Assembly (NCBI GenBank): GCA_017654855.1
Contig: CM030333.1
Coordinates: 4,774,001 to 4,838,000 of the forward strand
Length of the DNA: 64,000 bases
Direction of reading: 5' to 3'
Source of the DNA: Podospora anserina
Taxonomy: Eukaryota
In this document: positions 1 to 11,743 of the stretch, piece by piece
Layout: each line of letters starts with the position of its first letter
Position numbering within the stretch: the stretch's first letter is position 1
Made by a program: the position numbers and the translations under genes
The notes under the pieces: model-generated
Told to the model about the DNA's origin: nothing
Seen by the model: the letters and a program-made list of their open reading frames with translations, nothing else
Database searches by the model: none

Positions 1-1513
1 AAACGCCATGTGGTTTACGTCTTCGTACATGATTAGCGTGTCCTCCACCGCTCCTCTTGTTGGTCGTCTGTCCATGATATTCTCGCCTGGGGTGATGGTG
101 CTCATATGCTCGACGTGGTTTGCCATTGGGGCGGTTATTGTTTCGGTTGCGCCTACATTCGGGGTGTTTATCCTAGGCAGAGTGTTGTGTGGTGTTGGGA
201 GCGGTGGGATCATGACACTGTGTATGATACTGGTTATCCAGCTCACCTCCAAGAAGAAAAGGGGGCTGTGGATCGGACTAGTAAACGCGGGCTTCACCAT
301 AGGAGTCTCAACAGGCGCAGTGGTATTCGGTGCACTCCTCCCAGTCATAGGATGGGTAAGCTCCCCCTCCCCTATTCAACCATCCCTTCCAGAACTAACC
401 TTTCCCCTCCCCCAGCGCCTCCTCTTCGGATCTCAAGCCCCCCTCTCCTTCCTCGCCGGCCTGGGCGTATTCCTCAGCATCCCCCACCGCCCCTCCACTC
501 ACCACTCCCGCGACAAATCCCTCCTCACCAAACTCTCCAGCATCGACTACCTCGGCGCCCTCACCCTCACCGCCACCATCACCTCCCTGTTATACGCCCT
601 CTCAACCTACACCCGTGCCCCCCTAGCTCTATCCCTCCTCTCCCTCTCCCTCTTCCTACTAATCGAATCCCGCCACCCCGACCCCATCATCCCTCTCCCC
701 ATCCTCTCCTCCCGCGGCGTCTTACTATCTTGCCTGTCCCAACTAGGCTTCATGGCCTCGCGGTGGACAGTCCTCTTCTACGCCCCCATCTTCATCCTGG
801 CCGTCCGCGGCCTCTCCCCCGCCCTCGCCGGCTCCGTCCTCATCCCCACCAACCTCGGCTTCGGCATCGGGGGTCTGCTCGTAGGCTGGCTGCACATCAA
901 GCGCTCCGGCTCCTTCTGGCTGCCCTGCCTCTTATCCCTCTTCATCTTTGGCTGCTCCCTCTTTGAACTCTCGTTCGTGAGCAACCACGAGACGAGATAC
1001 GGGGTTTATATCGCCGTGGTCTTCATCAACGGGTTGTGTACCGGCGCAGCGGTGAACTACACGCTCGCTCACCTGTTGCATCTCGCACCGGCAAAAGACC
1101 ATTTTATCGTTACAAGTTTGCTGGCTACGTTTAGGGGTTTCGCGGGGAGTTTTGGGACGGGGATTGGGGGCGGGGTTTTCAACCGGGTTCTGAGAGGTAG
1201 TTTAACACGGGGCTTTCTGGAGCTGGGGCATGGGGAGTTCACGGACCGGAGGGAGAAGTTGATTACCGTTTTGGTGGGCAGTCCGGCCGCTGTCTGGCAA
1301 GAAGGGGTACTCAGCAAGATGGAACGGGGGGTTGCTGTGGGCGGGTATGAGATGGCGCTGAGAAAGTTGTACATGGGTGCCGCTGGGGTGACGGTGGTGG
1401 TGTTGATTTTGCAGTGGGCCACAGGCTGGAAGGGGGTGGAAGACGAGACAAAGACAGATGAGGAGGGGATTAGAGAGGCCATGGTGGAGGCTGATCCCGC
1501 CATGGAGGCTTAA
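1..1513 (+). CDS. MFS transporter, DHA2/Vba-like drug:H+ antiporter family; 5' end lies outside the window
   Basis: Many hydrophobic TM segments and MFS motifs (PLVGRLS, GRVLCGVGSGG, IDYLGA, PIIPL). The frame is open from the window edge. Intron 356-415 (GTAAG..CTAAC..CAG, 60 nt) is read through in frame by the ORF track. Confidence 0.85.
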   Translation, partial: NAMWFTSSYMISVSSTAPLVGRLSMIFSPGVMVLICSTWFAIGAVIVSVAPTFGVFILGRVLCGVGSGGIMTLCMILVIQLTSKKKRGLWIGLVNAGFTIGVSTGAVVFGALLPVIGWVSSPSPIQPSLPELTFPLPQRLLFGSQAPLSFLAGLGVFLSIPHRPSTHHSRDKSLLTKLSSIDYLGALTLTATITSLLYALSTYTRAPLALSLLSLSLFLLIESRHPDPIIPLPILSSRGVLLSCLSQLGFMASRWTVLFYAPIFILAVRGLSPALAGSVLIPTNLGFGIGGLLVGWLHIKRSGSFWLPCLLSLFIFGCSLFELSFVSNHETRYGVYIAVVFINGLCTGAAVNYTLAHLLHLAPAKDHFIVTSLLATFRGFAGSFGTGIGGGVFNRVLRGSLTRGFLELGHGEFTDRREKLITVLVGSPAAVWQEGVLSKMERGVAVGGYEMALRKLYMGAAGVTVVVLILQWATGWKGVEDETKTDEEGIREAMVEADPAMEA

Positions 1514-2628
1514 ATCTAGAGTTGGTATATTTCCGTCAATTTAAGAAAAACGATGCAAGGAGTTCACGATACAGTCTAGTCGGTTATAAGAATGACCATG
1601 TAGACCTGAACAATGGCCGAAGTCCTGTAAACGTACGTGCTTTTAATTCTTCACCAATATCACTATCACCCCTCTCTCATCTACATCTACTACCCCCCCC
1701 ATCATTTTACACCCAAAGATACCCACCGCTCAACATCCGATACCATCCCACCTTTCCTTATTCGGTTTTCCCTCTCATATGCATCACATACATTCCGTCC
1801 CCTCGTTCCTACCACCCCAGGAAATTATCTAGAGAACTAGGAAGAGTCATCCATTCGTATCATTCGTCCATTTTCCCCTCCCCAAGTCCCAAACAAAACC
1901 CCATTATCCTTTTTTTGTTTTGTACTCCACCCACCCTCCCGTTCTAAAATTTTGCGTTTATGCCGAATATCAGGGCATGGTTGTTTCTGGTCCAGCTATA
2001 TCTAGAGACATAGTAGAGGTCGAGAAGTACTGCGTGAAAATCCACAACTGTAAGTATGTCATTTTGGGTATGTATAGTTGGATATGTTGTGTGAATGCCG
2101 TGGCGAGATCAAATGGAAGAAGAAAAGTGTGTTTGATGTCGGATTGTGGTGAAATAGGAGGCGGGGGGATTAGTCGGAAATCGAGGTGATCGTATCTTGA
2201 GTATAAAAAGTATTCGGGAGAGGCAGTGATGGAAAAAGGAGGACGTGAAGTATTACGCTTCACACAGGTATGGGTGGTGGCGAGACAAAGATTGGCGCCC
2301 TGGTCCCTTGCTCCTCCCTTCAGCAAGACAACATGGGTCGCCTGTGAAGCGCCTTCACTCCAAGGGCAGGAAGGTCAATCCTGCCGTCATCACGAGTTCA
2401 TCGAAACAGAGAGTAGCTGGCTGCCATCTCCGCTAGTCGATAACCTAACTACACCGGCCGGCCGCCTGCCAGCCCTTTGTTGATCATTTCGCACCCGCGG
2501 TCTTGATATCTTACATCCTTCTAACCCATCCTCGCTTTTGAACGCCGAGAAAGCCTGTGCCATGTCGCACCAGGACTGGCTGGTCAGTGGACCAGTTCTT
2601 TGGAGATCACGTTCGAGGTAAAGGACTC

Positions 2629-5600
2629 TCAAACGCGCTGGTAGAACAACAAGTAAGCAACCTTGTTGTCCTTGATGCTGTCCTTGTGCTGCTTAGGGGG
2701 CAGCTTCTGTCCGTTGGTAGCCGGTGTGTTGACAACGCTGCTCCACTTCTTGCCACCGGCCGCTTGCTTCCAGCCATCGTCGTCGCCGGTATCCTCATCA
2801 TTCATGGCACCGAATCTGTTGCTACCAGTGCTGTCCTTTTGGTTACCAGAGCCAGACTTGGCCTGTTCTTCCTCGGCACCACCCTCAGCCACATCTTCGC
2901 TGCGCACACGGCGGATAACGGTGTCATCGATACGAATCCATTCTCGGCCATCCTGTCGGCGAACATCTACTGTGTAATGACCGCCACTGGCATTCTTACC
3001 ATGATGGTACACAACAGCCGTCAGCTTGTATCGAGGAACACCTTCGTGAACCGTGCTGTTGCGTTGAGAGCGAGACAGAACCTCTTGTGGGAATTCGAAC
3101 TCGAGAGGATAGCCAATCTTCTTCCAGATCTTGACAGTACCACCTTGACCCTCGGCGTCGAATTGGAAACGCTTGAGGTGCAAGATAAGAACAGGAGGAA
3201 CCGATTCAATGAAGATCTGCTTAGTGGCCTTGACGTTCTTGCCGTGGGGCGAGTTGAAATCGCCGTGGAGTGTTTCCGGTCGAGTTAGACCCTTCAGGGC
3301 GTCAATGATGTTGCGAATCTCGGGCGCACCAATGTCAAGTTGCAGCGGCTCGTAAGGCTCCAGCGTGACCGAGGTCTTGTTGCCAGGAACACGCAGTTCA
3401 GAGCGCAACTTCCCACCGAAGATCTTGTTGATGGGTGAAGCGAGTGAATGGCCAGAAGACCGAGTAACAGCAGCGCGTTGACGGGGGCCAACCTCAAGCC
3501 AATCATCAGCGCCCTCGAGCGATCCGTTTGGCTTGGAAGTGGTGGGAGAAGACGGAGTTGAGTTCGGTGCGGTAGAAACTGCTGAAACAGGGGCAGTACG
3601 CATCACCTGGGCACACTCGTCGTGTAGACCTTCAAGAAGGAACCCAAGGAACTCTTGGGCGTCTTGTTGGTGACCACGCCTCATGCTGGCAAAGCGGGGA
3701 AGTTTGCGAATGGCTTCGTAAACAAACTCAGGGGTGAAAGACTCGCCATATTGCTCAAGCTCTTCCGGCTTCAACCGTCTCTGGAGGAGGTCAGTTGACG
3801 TAGCAGAGTCGATAATCTTAAATTCACGCATGAACATGATCCTGCACTTTTGCGTTAGTCAACGCTAACTCAGACGGTCGTGTTGCAACTTACAGTGCAT
3901 CGATCAAAGGCGTTTCGCTCTTGAAACTGTGAGTGGCCTTCTTGGACACTTGATCCAGAAAGTCGTAGAACGGAATGCAGAAAATCAAAACTTGAAGAAC
4001 CTGCATTGCATCAGTATCAACTATTGTAACTTGAGACCAGAGTCAACTCACAGAATTCATGTAACACATATTTCCAGTGTTGACCAAGCCTCTGGGCTCA
4101 ATAAAGGGCAGCTTGTCAATACCAGTAGGACGGTAGGCCTGTAAAGCCTCGGCAAGAGAATCCGCCTTGGAACTGGGGAAACTTCCAACGGCTCCAGATG
4201 CAGCGGTAGAGACATCGGCAGCGTTGCCATTGGTGTGGACGCGAGGAGCTGCGGCAGTAGAGGCCACAGCAGAGGGAGCTGCACTGGGCTTTGCGAACAA
4301 AGCGGCCCAGGCCTTGGGTTTTGCAGGAGCTGGAGTTGGAGCTGGTGCGGCTTGGGCAGGAGCAGACTCAGTCTCGGACTTCTCGCCCATGCCATTCACC
4401 TGGCGAGCACCCTCGCCGGCCTCGGTCGACTTTTCGTCTTTGGTGGGAGCAACGGAAGTTTGCTGAACAGCTGTCTTCTCCACCGCTTGCAGCTCCTTTG
4501 GAGCAATCCTTGGAATTACTGGGAGAACGGGAACCGCAGGAACTGTGGGAAGTGCCGGGATAGCTGAGCGAGTAGCAGGCTTCACGGTCGTGCTGGGGCT
4601 GACTGCCACTGCGATGGATGCCTGGGTCGTTTGGGCAGAACTTGGCGTGGTTGGGGGTGTATCCTCTACCTGCTGCTCATGGGTGGACGGTGTCTCCGAA
4701 CGAGCGGTGGCAGCCTCAGTTACTTCAGCCTTAACGGTGGTTTCCGCATTAACAACTGGCTCCTCCTTAGGTTCTGTCTGCTCCGGCTGCTCTGGCTGCT
4801 GAGCCTCCGCCGGTTTCTCGAGAATCAAATTAGGAGTGCTAGAGACCGGGCGTCTTCTCCTCGACTTTGGGGCACGAGCGGGGAATCCAGCTTCGGGATT
4901 GGAGAACCATGGCAGCTTTGACAATACCTTCTCAGATGGCGAAGTGATGGGGTGGACTTCAGATGTTGCCGGGGTGGTTGCCATGTTGAACGGACCCTCC
5001 ACCACAGAAGCTGCTGGCGTCTCTACCGCGACCTCTACTTGAGTCTCTACCGGGGCCTCTGCTTCAATCGCCGCTTCTTGTTGCTCAGGCTGAACCTCAG
5101 CAGGGGATTTGACTTCCGAGGCACGATAAGCCTCCTGGTTATACTCCTGCGGGAACGGCTGCTGCTGCTGCTGGGGCACAAAGGGTTGGAACTCTGGCTG
5201 AATAGGTGGTTGTGCTTCGTGGACGTGCAGTGGCTGAACCGGAGGCTGCACCTCGTGATTATGCAACGGCTGATGTGAAGCTGGAATAAACTCGCGGAAA
5301 GGGGGTATGGTCGAGGGGGGAATCGTCGTAGGAGGCGGAACGGCAAATGAATGGGTTGTTGACGGGGTAAGCGGGGCAACGACCGGGGGCATAGCAGAAG
5401 GGGGCGGTTGGTATGGCGAAGACACAATCGGCGAGTGCTGGGCGGGTCTGCCATAGGGCTGGTGCAGAGGGACATACTGCTGCACAGCAGGCGGCGAACG
5501 AGTGTAAGGGGCGTGATTGTACTGGGGCGGAAGGTAAGGTTGCGGCATGGCGCCAGTATGATACTGCTGGTAAGGCATGTAGTAGGGCTGGTTCGGCGGG

Positions 5601-5794
5601 TAGGGGTTCATGTACTGAGCCCCATGGCTGTACATGGAGGGGTTGACATGATGCTGGTGTTGCTGGTACTGGTAACCATGAGCAGGCCCATACTGGTGAC
5701 GATTTCCACGGCGAGGAGGAGGCGGACCTCCTCCCATGTCGGCGCCTCCTTGCATCTGCTGCCCAGCCGGCAGATGCGCGCGATTGTTCATCAT
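2629..5794 (-). CDS. UBP3: Ubiquitin-specific protease, Ubp3/USP10 orthologue
   Basis: Cys box GLVNTGNMCYMNS|VLQ, QQDAQEF, LILHLKRF and His box HHGKNASGGHYT, preceded by a long P/Q-rich N-terminus. Exons 5794-4052, 4000-3894, 3841-2629; introns 4051-4001 and 3893-3842 have canonical signals. Confidence 0.9.
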
Positions 5795-6795
5795 GCCGGC
5801 CTGGGTTGGGAGCTGTGGCGGCAGCTGCTCACTGAAGTGAGGGCCACCGCGGCGGACTGGGCGTATACCAGGTGGGAGCCCCGGTGAGGGCGGGATCTGG
5901 CGATGGAATTCGAAGGGTTCGGCGCGGGCGTCAATGATGGGCAACGTTGGGGGTGGGTTGGCGGCTGTTGCCGGGAGAGAGCAAGAGGCGAACTTGGAGC
6001 GGCGGGAACGAAATGCCCGACCTGTCTGACTTGGCAGTGTCGGAGCTGGCGGCAGTGGGTGGGTGGTGGTGGTGGTGGTGGTGCCGGTGCCGGTGCCGGT
6101 GCGCGTCGTTTGCTGGCGTGCGGTGCGCCGGTTCTAGGCAATCAAGACAAGTCGTTGTCAGTTCGGCCTCGACGGTTTCGATGAGTCGTTGCTCCGGCGG
6201 GTGCAGGGGGCCAGAGACACGGTGCGGCACATTGGACAGCGTGCTGCCAGGACGCGGGGGGACGGTACAGCACACGGGAAAGTGATGCTGGATGGATAGA
6301 GCCAACCTCTGGGTGAAAACCAGGTGTGAGGCCTTGCGTGGTGGTTGACAAAATTTAAACCGCCTCCTTTCGAGAAACCAAAGAAAGGGCCCAAAGCTAA
6401 GAGGCCTAGCCGACGCTCGGACTGACCCTAACCCTAAGGCAACGTCCGTTCGTTCAGGCCGCCTCAAGACCCGCTGCGATTCTGCAGCCCCCCAAGATCA
6501 GATCAACATGGCAATTCTCTTCAGACTGCAAACAGAGTCTCGGAGAATTAATGCTATCTAATAATAATACAAAACATGTCCCAGTGTTGCAACCCCAGCA
6601 TCGGAGTAAAAGACAACACAGATGGATCACCTCACTGAAACCCGCGCCAGAAAGGATAGTAGCGGGCAGTTGGTAGCCAAAGAAGGGTGTTGGAGAACTG
6701 AGTAAAAGGGTATCGATCTTCAATATAATTCTAGAATTCAAAAAAACCCCACGCTTCTTTTTGTTGCTGTTGTTTTACAAACCCAGCAAGCACTT

Positions 6796-8970
6796 TCACT
6801 CATCTTTAAACATCCATTTCCCACCACCAACTTTCATGGCATCTCGCCACCGCTCCTCGATTTGCTTCCTCCCCCTCCTCGCTGCCTCTTCTCTGTTCTC
6901 TTCCATTTCCTGCGTCGTAGGCATATCAGGGTTCCAATAACCAGGCGGGGACGGTTGCCTCTGAAATCTCTCGCGATGCCGTCCAAACTTGTTTGCTATT
7001 TGCTGGCTCTTTGCTTTCATCCAAGTTTCCCGCCGTTCCTCACGTGTCATCTCGATTAGTTTATGGGCATGGGGTCCCAGGTACTCCTCCATCATTTGGA
7101 TATCTGCCATGCGGGACAACACGCCGGAGCCTGTCGCGTTGAATTCAGACTCTGCAACGGCCCGGTAATGTCGACCGCAGCAGTTGTAGTCATTGCACCC
7201 TGTCAACTCGGCCCGGTCAGCCTTGCCACGCACGACTTCGTTGAAGGCATGTTTGTGACCGTTGTTGAACTTGGGGTTTACTTTGAAATCCTCAAGTCTC
7301 AGCTGTCCCAATGGCTTATCTCGAAGCCGACGTGCTTTGGGTCTGGACGTTCTGTCGTTGGCCTGCCTCGGCCGTGAAACAGTTGATGGTGATTCTATGC
7401 CCCCGCGAACTGGATGGAGAGGTCTGAGAGGAGTGACCTCGGATTCTGGTGAGGCCTTGTCGGGAAATGATTGGAGTCTTCCAGCAGCCTTCTTGGGCGG
7501 CTTGGTTGGCCGCCATGGCTCAAATTCTTCGTCAGACCCATCCTCGGCGACTTCGGCAACTTCATAATCCAGGTTTCGATGAGTGTTTTGAGCTGTCCTC
7601 TGCTTGCGTGAGATGTCCGAAACCTCCGACATGCTTTGTTGGGCTAGTTCAACACTCTCTGCAATAAACAGGGTCGGTCTCGGTGCGGTTGATGGGTTCC
7701 CGGCTGTCGTTCTCGGATACAGCAGTCTGGAGGTTTGATCGGGTTGCGGAGTGCCATCATCGTCCTCACGAAGAGTTTGGCGCCAGATTTCACGTTGCTT
7801 TCTGGGTGTCGGCATGCCCCTAGAACCCTCGTCCAGGTCAATGCTTTCATGGGGGGCAAAGACAGCTGCTTCACCCATCACTACCGGGTCGGAACTGACT
7901 TCGGTTTTGATCTTGCGAGGTGGAGGAGGCATGTTGTTGTTGTTGTTGTTGTTATCGGACGCGTGTTTCCGCTTACGCAGACTGCGCTCAGAAACAACAA
8001 TCGGGCCATCAGACGAAGGTTCTTCTTTGACCCTGATAGGACTGGCCTCCCGTTTGCAAGGTGGTAACGGTGGGAGCTCAGGCGCCTCCGTGGGTTGGTC
8101 TGGATCATCAGATGCACCATCCTCAGCAGATGGACCTTGCTCGATACTGACTATTCTCCCTCGTCTGTGGAGCTCGTCAAAAGCCGGAGTAGAGTGTCTC
8201 ATGGTATAATCTGCTTCGTTCGGTCTGGGCCCAGGGGAAAGATGCGACAACGAGTCCGTATTGAGCCCTAAATCGCTTGGTGATTCACGGGACTCATATA
8301 TAATCGCCCGCTCCGTACCAGTCCCCTCTGCATGGTGTCGAGTATTCGCATCTTGCTGCTTCAGTCTTGTTTCCAGCTTGTTAATCTTCCTCTCCAAGGC
8401 ATCGGCATACGTGATCCACGTGTCTCTCTCCTCTCGTGCAGCTTTTGACACCTCCCTTGCAGTGTCGTAACTCTCCTGCACCTTCTTGAGTCGTTCCTCC
8501 ACCTGCTCCTTCTTCTTCCAAAGTTTGCCATAATTCTTTTCCCAGTCCGGGTTCTCGATGTCGCCCGATGATGAAACCGTACTCGGCGCGCGGATCGTTC
8601 TGTTAGGGGAAAATTCCCCGAGGACTCGTCGGACCGGAGTGTTGACATCGTACTTGGCTGGTAATATCGGTGGCTTGGTGTGCTTCTGTCGCAGCTGCTC
8701 CAGCTCTTGGCGGAGAGATCGATTCTCTTGTTCAAGGACCTCGGCCCTAGAGGCAGCATCTTTGAGCTGCTGCAGTTCTATTTCAAAAGTTGCATTCCGT
8801 CTATCTTCTCTTTGTCGAACCTCTGGCAAAACCATATTGTTAGTTGTCTGGACGAGAAACCGGGCATGGAAACTCTTACCGGCCTCAATGTCATGGCCAA
8901 TTGTGTCGCACACAGACTCTAGCGCAGCAATCAAAGCTGGCCGCCCCTTCCGTTCCCAAGATTCCGTCAT
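6796..8970 (-). CDS. SAE2: DNA end-resection factor Sae2/Ctp1/CtIP family
   Basis: N-terminal coiled coil and C-terminal CxxxxCC...GRHR...PPGYWNPDMP (RHR motif of Ctp1/CtIP). ATG at 8970; in-frame 57-nt intron 8879-8823. Confidence 0.85.
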   Translation of the reverse strand: MTESWERKGRPALIAALESVCDTIGHDIEAGKSFHARFLVQTTNNMVLPEVRQREDRRNATFEIELQQLKDAASRAEVLEQENRSLRQELEQLRQKHTKPPILPAKYDVNTPVRRVLGEFSPNRTIRAPSTVSSSGDIENPDWEKNYGKLWKKKEQVEERLKKVQESYDTAREVSKAAREERDTWITYADALERKINKLETRLKQQDANTRHHAEGTGTERAIIYESRESPSDLGLNTDSLSHLSPGPRPNEADYTMRHSTPAFDELHRRGRIVSIEQGPSAEDGASDDPDQPTEAPELPPLPPCKREASPIRVKEEPSSDGPIVVSERSLRKRKHASDNNNNNNNMPPPPRKIKTEVSSDPVVMGEAAVFAPHESIDLDEGSRGMPTPRKQREIWRQTLREDDDGTPQPDQTSRLLYPRTTAGNPSTAPRPTLFIAESVELAQQSMSEVSDISRKQRTAQNTHRNLDYEVAEVAEDGSDEEFEPWRPTKPPKKAAGRLQSFPDKASPESEVTPLRPLHPVRGGIESPSTVSRPRQANDRTSRPKARRLRDKPLGQLRLEDFKVNPKFNNGHKHAFNEVVRGKADRAELTGCNDYNCCGRHYRAVAESEFNATGSGVLSRMADIQMMEEYLGPHAHKLIEMTREERRETWMKAKSQQIANKFGRHRERFQRQPSPPGYWNPDMPTTQEMEENREEAARRGRKQIEERWRDAMKVGGGKWMFKDE

Positions 8971-9110
8971 GATAGGGCCAAGCAAAAATATGAGGAGGAT
9001 GCATTTCGGACAGTTGCAGGAAATCTTATACTCTGGCAAGACGCCTAGGCAGAAGCGCTGGTGGGTTGCATGGGTTGCATGGATTGTTCCTCCGTAAACG
9101 CCAACGAACC

Positions 9111-9116
9111 ACGCGT
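9111..9116. promoter_or_regulatory. MCB (MluI cell-cycle box) ACGCGT upstream of the SAE2/Ctp1 gene
   Basis: Exact ACGCGT about 140 bp upstream of the start codon, with further ACGCGA cores near 9374 and 9387. Confidence 0.5.
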
Positions 9117-11743
9117 CACGTCATAGCTCAGCTTCCATGTTGTACAAAATAACGGGGTGCTACCTGGAAACACGGCCTTAGCAAAGTTTAGAAACTTTGA
9201 AAAATACCTAAGGTGGCCGTTAGGCAGTTATGAATGCTTTAGGTAGGCCAGGATTGAAGGATCCTGTATAACCCAGATAAATCTTTCCAAAAGGGTAAGG
9301 TAGAGAAATACGCTCAAGTCTTTTCAATACCTGACTCTTGTGTCAGTCCCTATTTTCTGTCGACAACGTGACAACGCGAGAATGCGACGCGACTCATCCA
9401 AGTACGTGCTCACGTGAGAGGGGCTATTTGGACCACCTCGCCACCCAACACCCCGCCTTGGTGCGACATCGTCCCTGCATGCCTGGTCGCCATCGTTGCA
9501 CCAGCAGTTGACGGCGGTGCTGGTCTTGTATCCCAACGTTTCTTTGTGCGAGTTGGCCAGATATCAAACCGTGACTAATTAGATAGCCCAGGATGCTTTT
9601 GCCGCCTTCCACGATGTCTTTGGACATTGCTTGATAGCCACGTTGCCTCGCATCTGCTTCCTCGGCCAGTCAACCCCACAAAGCCTTGGTCCCGGACCCC
9701 TTGAATCAGATATGCAGGTCAAGACACCATCCACAAAAAAGGCAATGGCGAGATATTCCAGATCTTTGGTAGCATATACGAAGGCTTCCCCGCAACATCA
9801 CCTTGTCCCCTACCACGACTAGGTCTACTGACATAAAATTGCCCCTGTCGACATAGGCGGCCAGATATCATGCCACGTCTTCTCACAGCCACTCAGCTAT
9901 CCCTACCCTCGGCCCGGATTGACTGATATCGGATCACAGTGGTAGTAGGCTTATCAGATCCAACCCATGGCCCATCGTTCTGTTAACGAGCCTCCCTTCC
10001 CGCGCGGATACTTGGCTTCCGTGTCACCAGCCATCGCAATTGACGCAGGCGCACTTCTGGTCCGTTAAATCTGTTCTATGACCAGACCGGTCTCCGAACC
10101 AAGGCTGAGATGCCGGCCAGAAGGGACAGCTATGACGAACAGGCTGAAAAGGAGGCTCTTCCACAACACCAGATCATCCAATCCCCAATTGCCTGGTAAG
10201 TGGCAATGCGGCACATCCGGCAATCAAACATACGAACACCCTTCCCAGAGAATTCCAGAGAGACACCCGGGAGAAGGGGCGCGTAGGGCCGCGTTGAGTG
10301 CCATGCCAGGACAATAGCCTCGGAACAGTTCCAGAAATCGCCCCGGGTTCGTCTCTTTCTCGCAGTTACTTCCCTGATATCTGCTTCCGAATAGTCTGTG
10401 CGAGTAGACATGTCCGGGATAGCAATATGGAGAGTTGCGAGAAGGGTATTTCAGCTTCTGTCATGTTGAGGCGCATGCGGAGGCAGATAACCATTTGCTG
10501 CAGGAAAGATGAAGCCAACAAGGGACCACGTATCAGTGCTGCATTGGCTCCATGGCGAGCTGTTGAAATTATTGGAAGAGATGGGGGAAGGGAGTAGCAG
10601 TTCAGACAAAAAGGAGGTCCACCATCTAGCCCAAGTGCTATGCAGGGGCTCTGCTGTAGCCGTGCCTGGACGCCATATGTATACAACCCTCGGCCCAGGA
10701 TGCCCTTTGTGGCGGACGAGTGAGATTCCCATATCCAACAGGGCAAGTGTGAACCGCAAACTGCAGGGCTAGTCACAGCACAGTGTAGATATACCGTACG
10801 GTCAGGTACCGTGACAGCAACTTTGAAAGCTCACTGGTGGGCGCGCCCAGCCGTCTACTACCAGTGCCACCTAATGAGATCACGAGTTGCAACAGACCAA
10901 TCTAGATGTACCGTCTGATGAGATTCAAGCTTGATAAACCGGTTGGTAGCAAGGAAGAAAGTGCGACAAACGGACGGCAGCAACAAGTGGCTGGCCCCTC
11001 ACACGCCAGCCTAAGCAAGATACCTAGTACATAGAGAGATATAGCCACTTGTAGCAGCAATTGAAGCTCAGAAATTTGCATCCAGGTGCCCTCAGGATCT
11101 CAGACTCCAAGATCGACATCCTCTGCGCCACAGCCGACCTCTGACGGAGGTTGACGGAGGCTGAAAGATTGCTCCGGTCAGAGGAGAATTGCTGGGAACT
11201 GGAAGCTCCAGAGACTGCCAATTCAGGCGAGGTCGCTTGTGAGCAGGGGTGCCCCACACAGACTGTCCGTCCAGAAAATTTCAATCACTCACAAACCACA
11301 CAGCAGCACCCGCTCCTTCGCTCGACTTTTTTTCTGCCCCGACTCTCCTAACCTCGCTATTCACCGGAGCAGTACTTTAGTTCCCCGTTCCCCTCCAACC
11401 GTTGGCAGCTTTCCTCCCTCTCCATCCAACAACAACAACTTTTCCCCCATCAATTGTGTTGTGCGTCTGCCATTCACACAAACTTACCAAAGGTCAGTAA
11501 ATACCCCACACCGTCACACCTACCCACCAATCGCCCCCCCCACCTTTCCCAAGTTTGAGTTTGCGCCCTCACATTCCCCAACCTGCCGACGCCAAAACAA
11601 TTTTTATTTTCGACCCAAACTTCCCTGACATCGTCGTCTCGCCCATCAATTTTCGATTAGCTGACTCTTGTCGACGACCGCACAGTTTCGATATCCTCTT
11701 CACAAACCTCACAACAATCCACCAACCCCACTACACTATCACA

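Noticed and set aside
106..966. 286-aa Pro-rich alternative-frame ORF
   Set aside because: Off-frame product of C-rich codons in the MFS gene.
8971..9039. TTG-initiated N-terminal extension of SAE2 in the ORF track
   Set aside because: Artifact of prokaryotic-style start selection; ATG 8970 has a good context.
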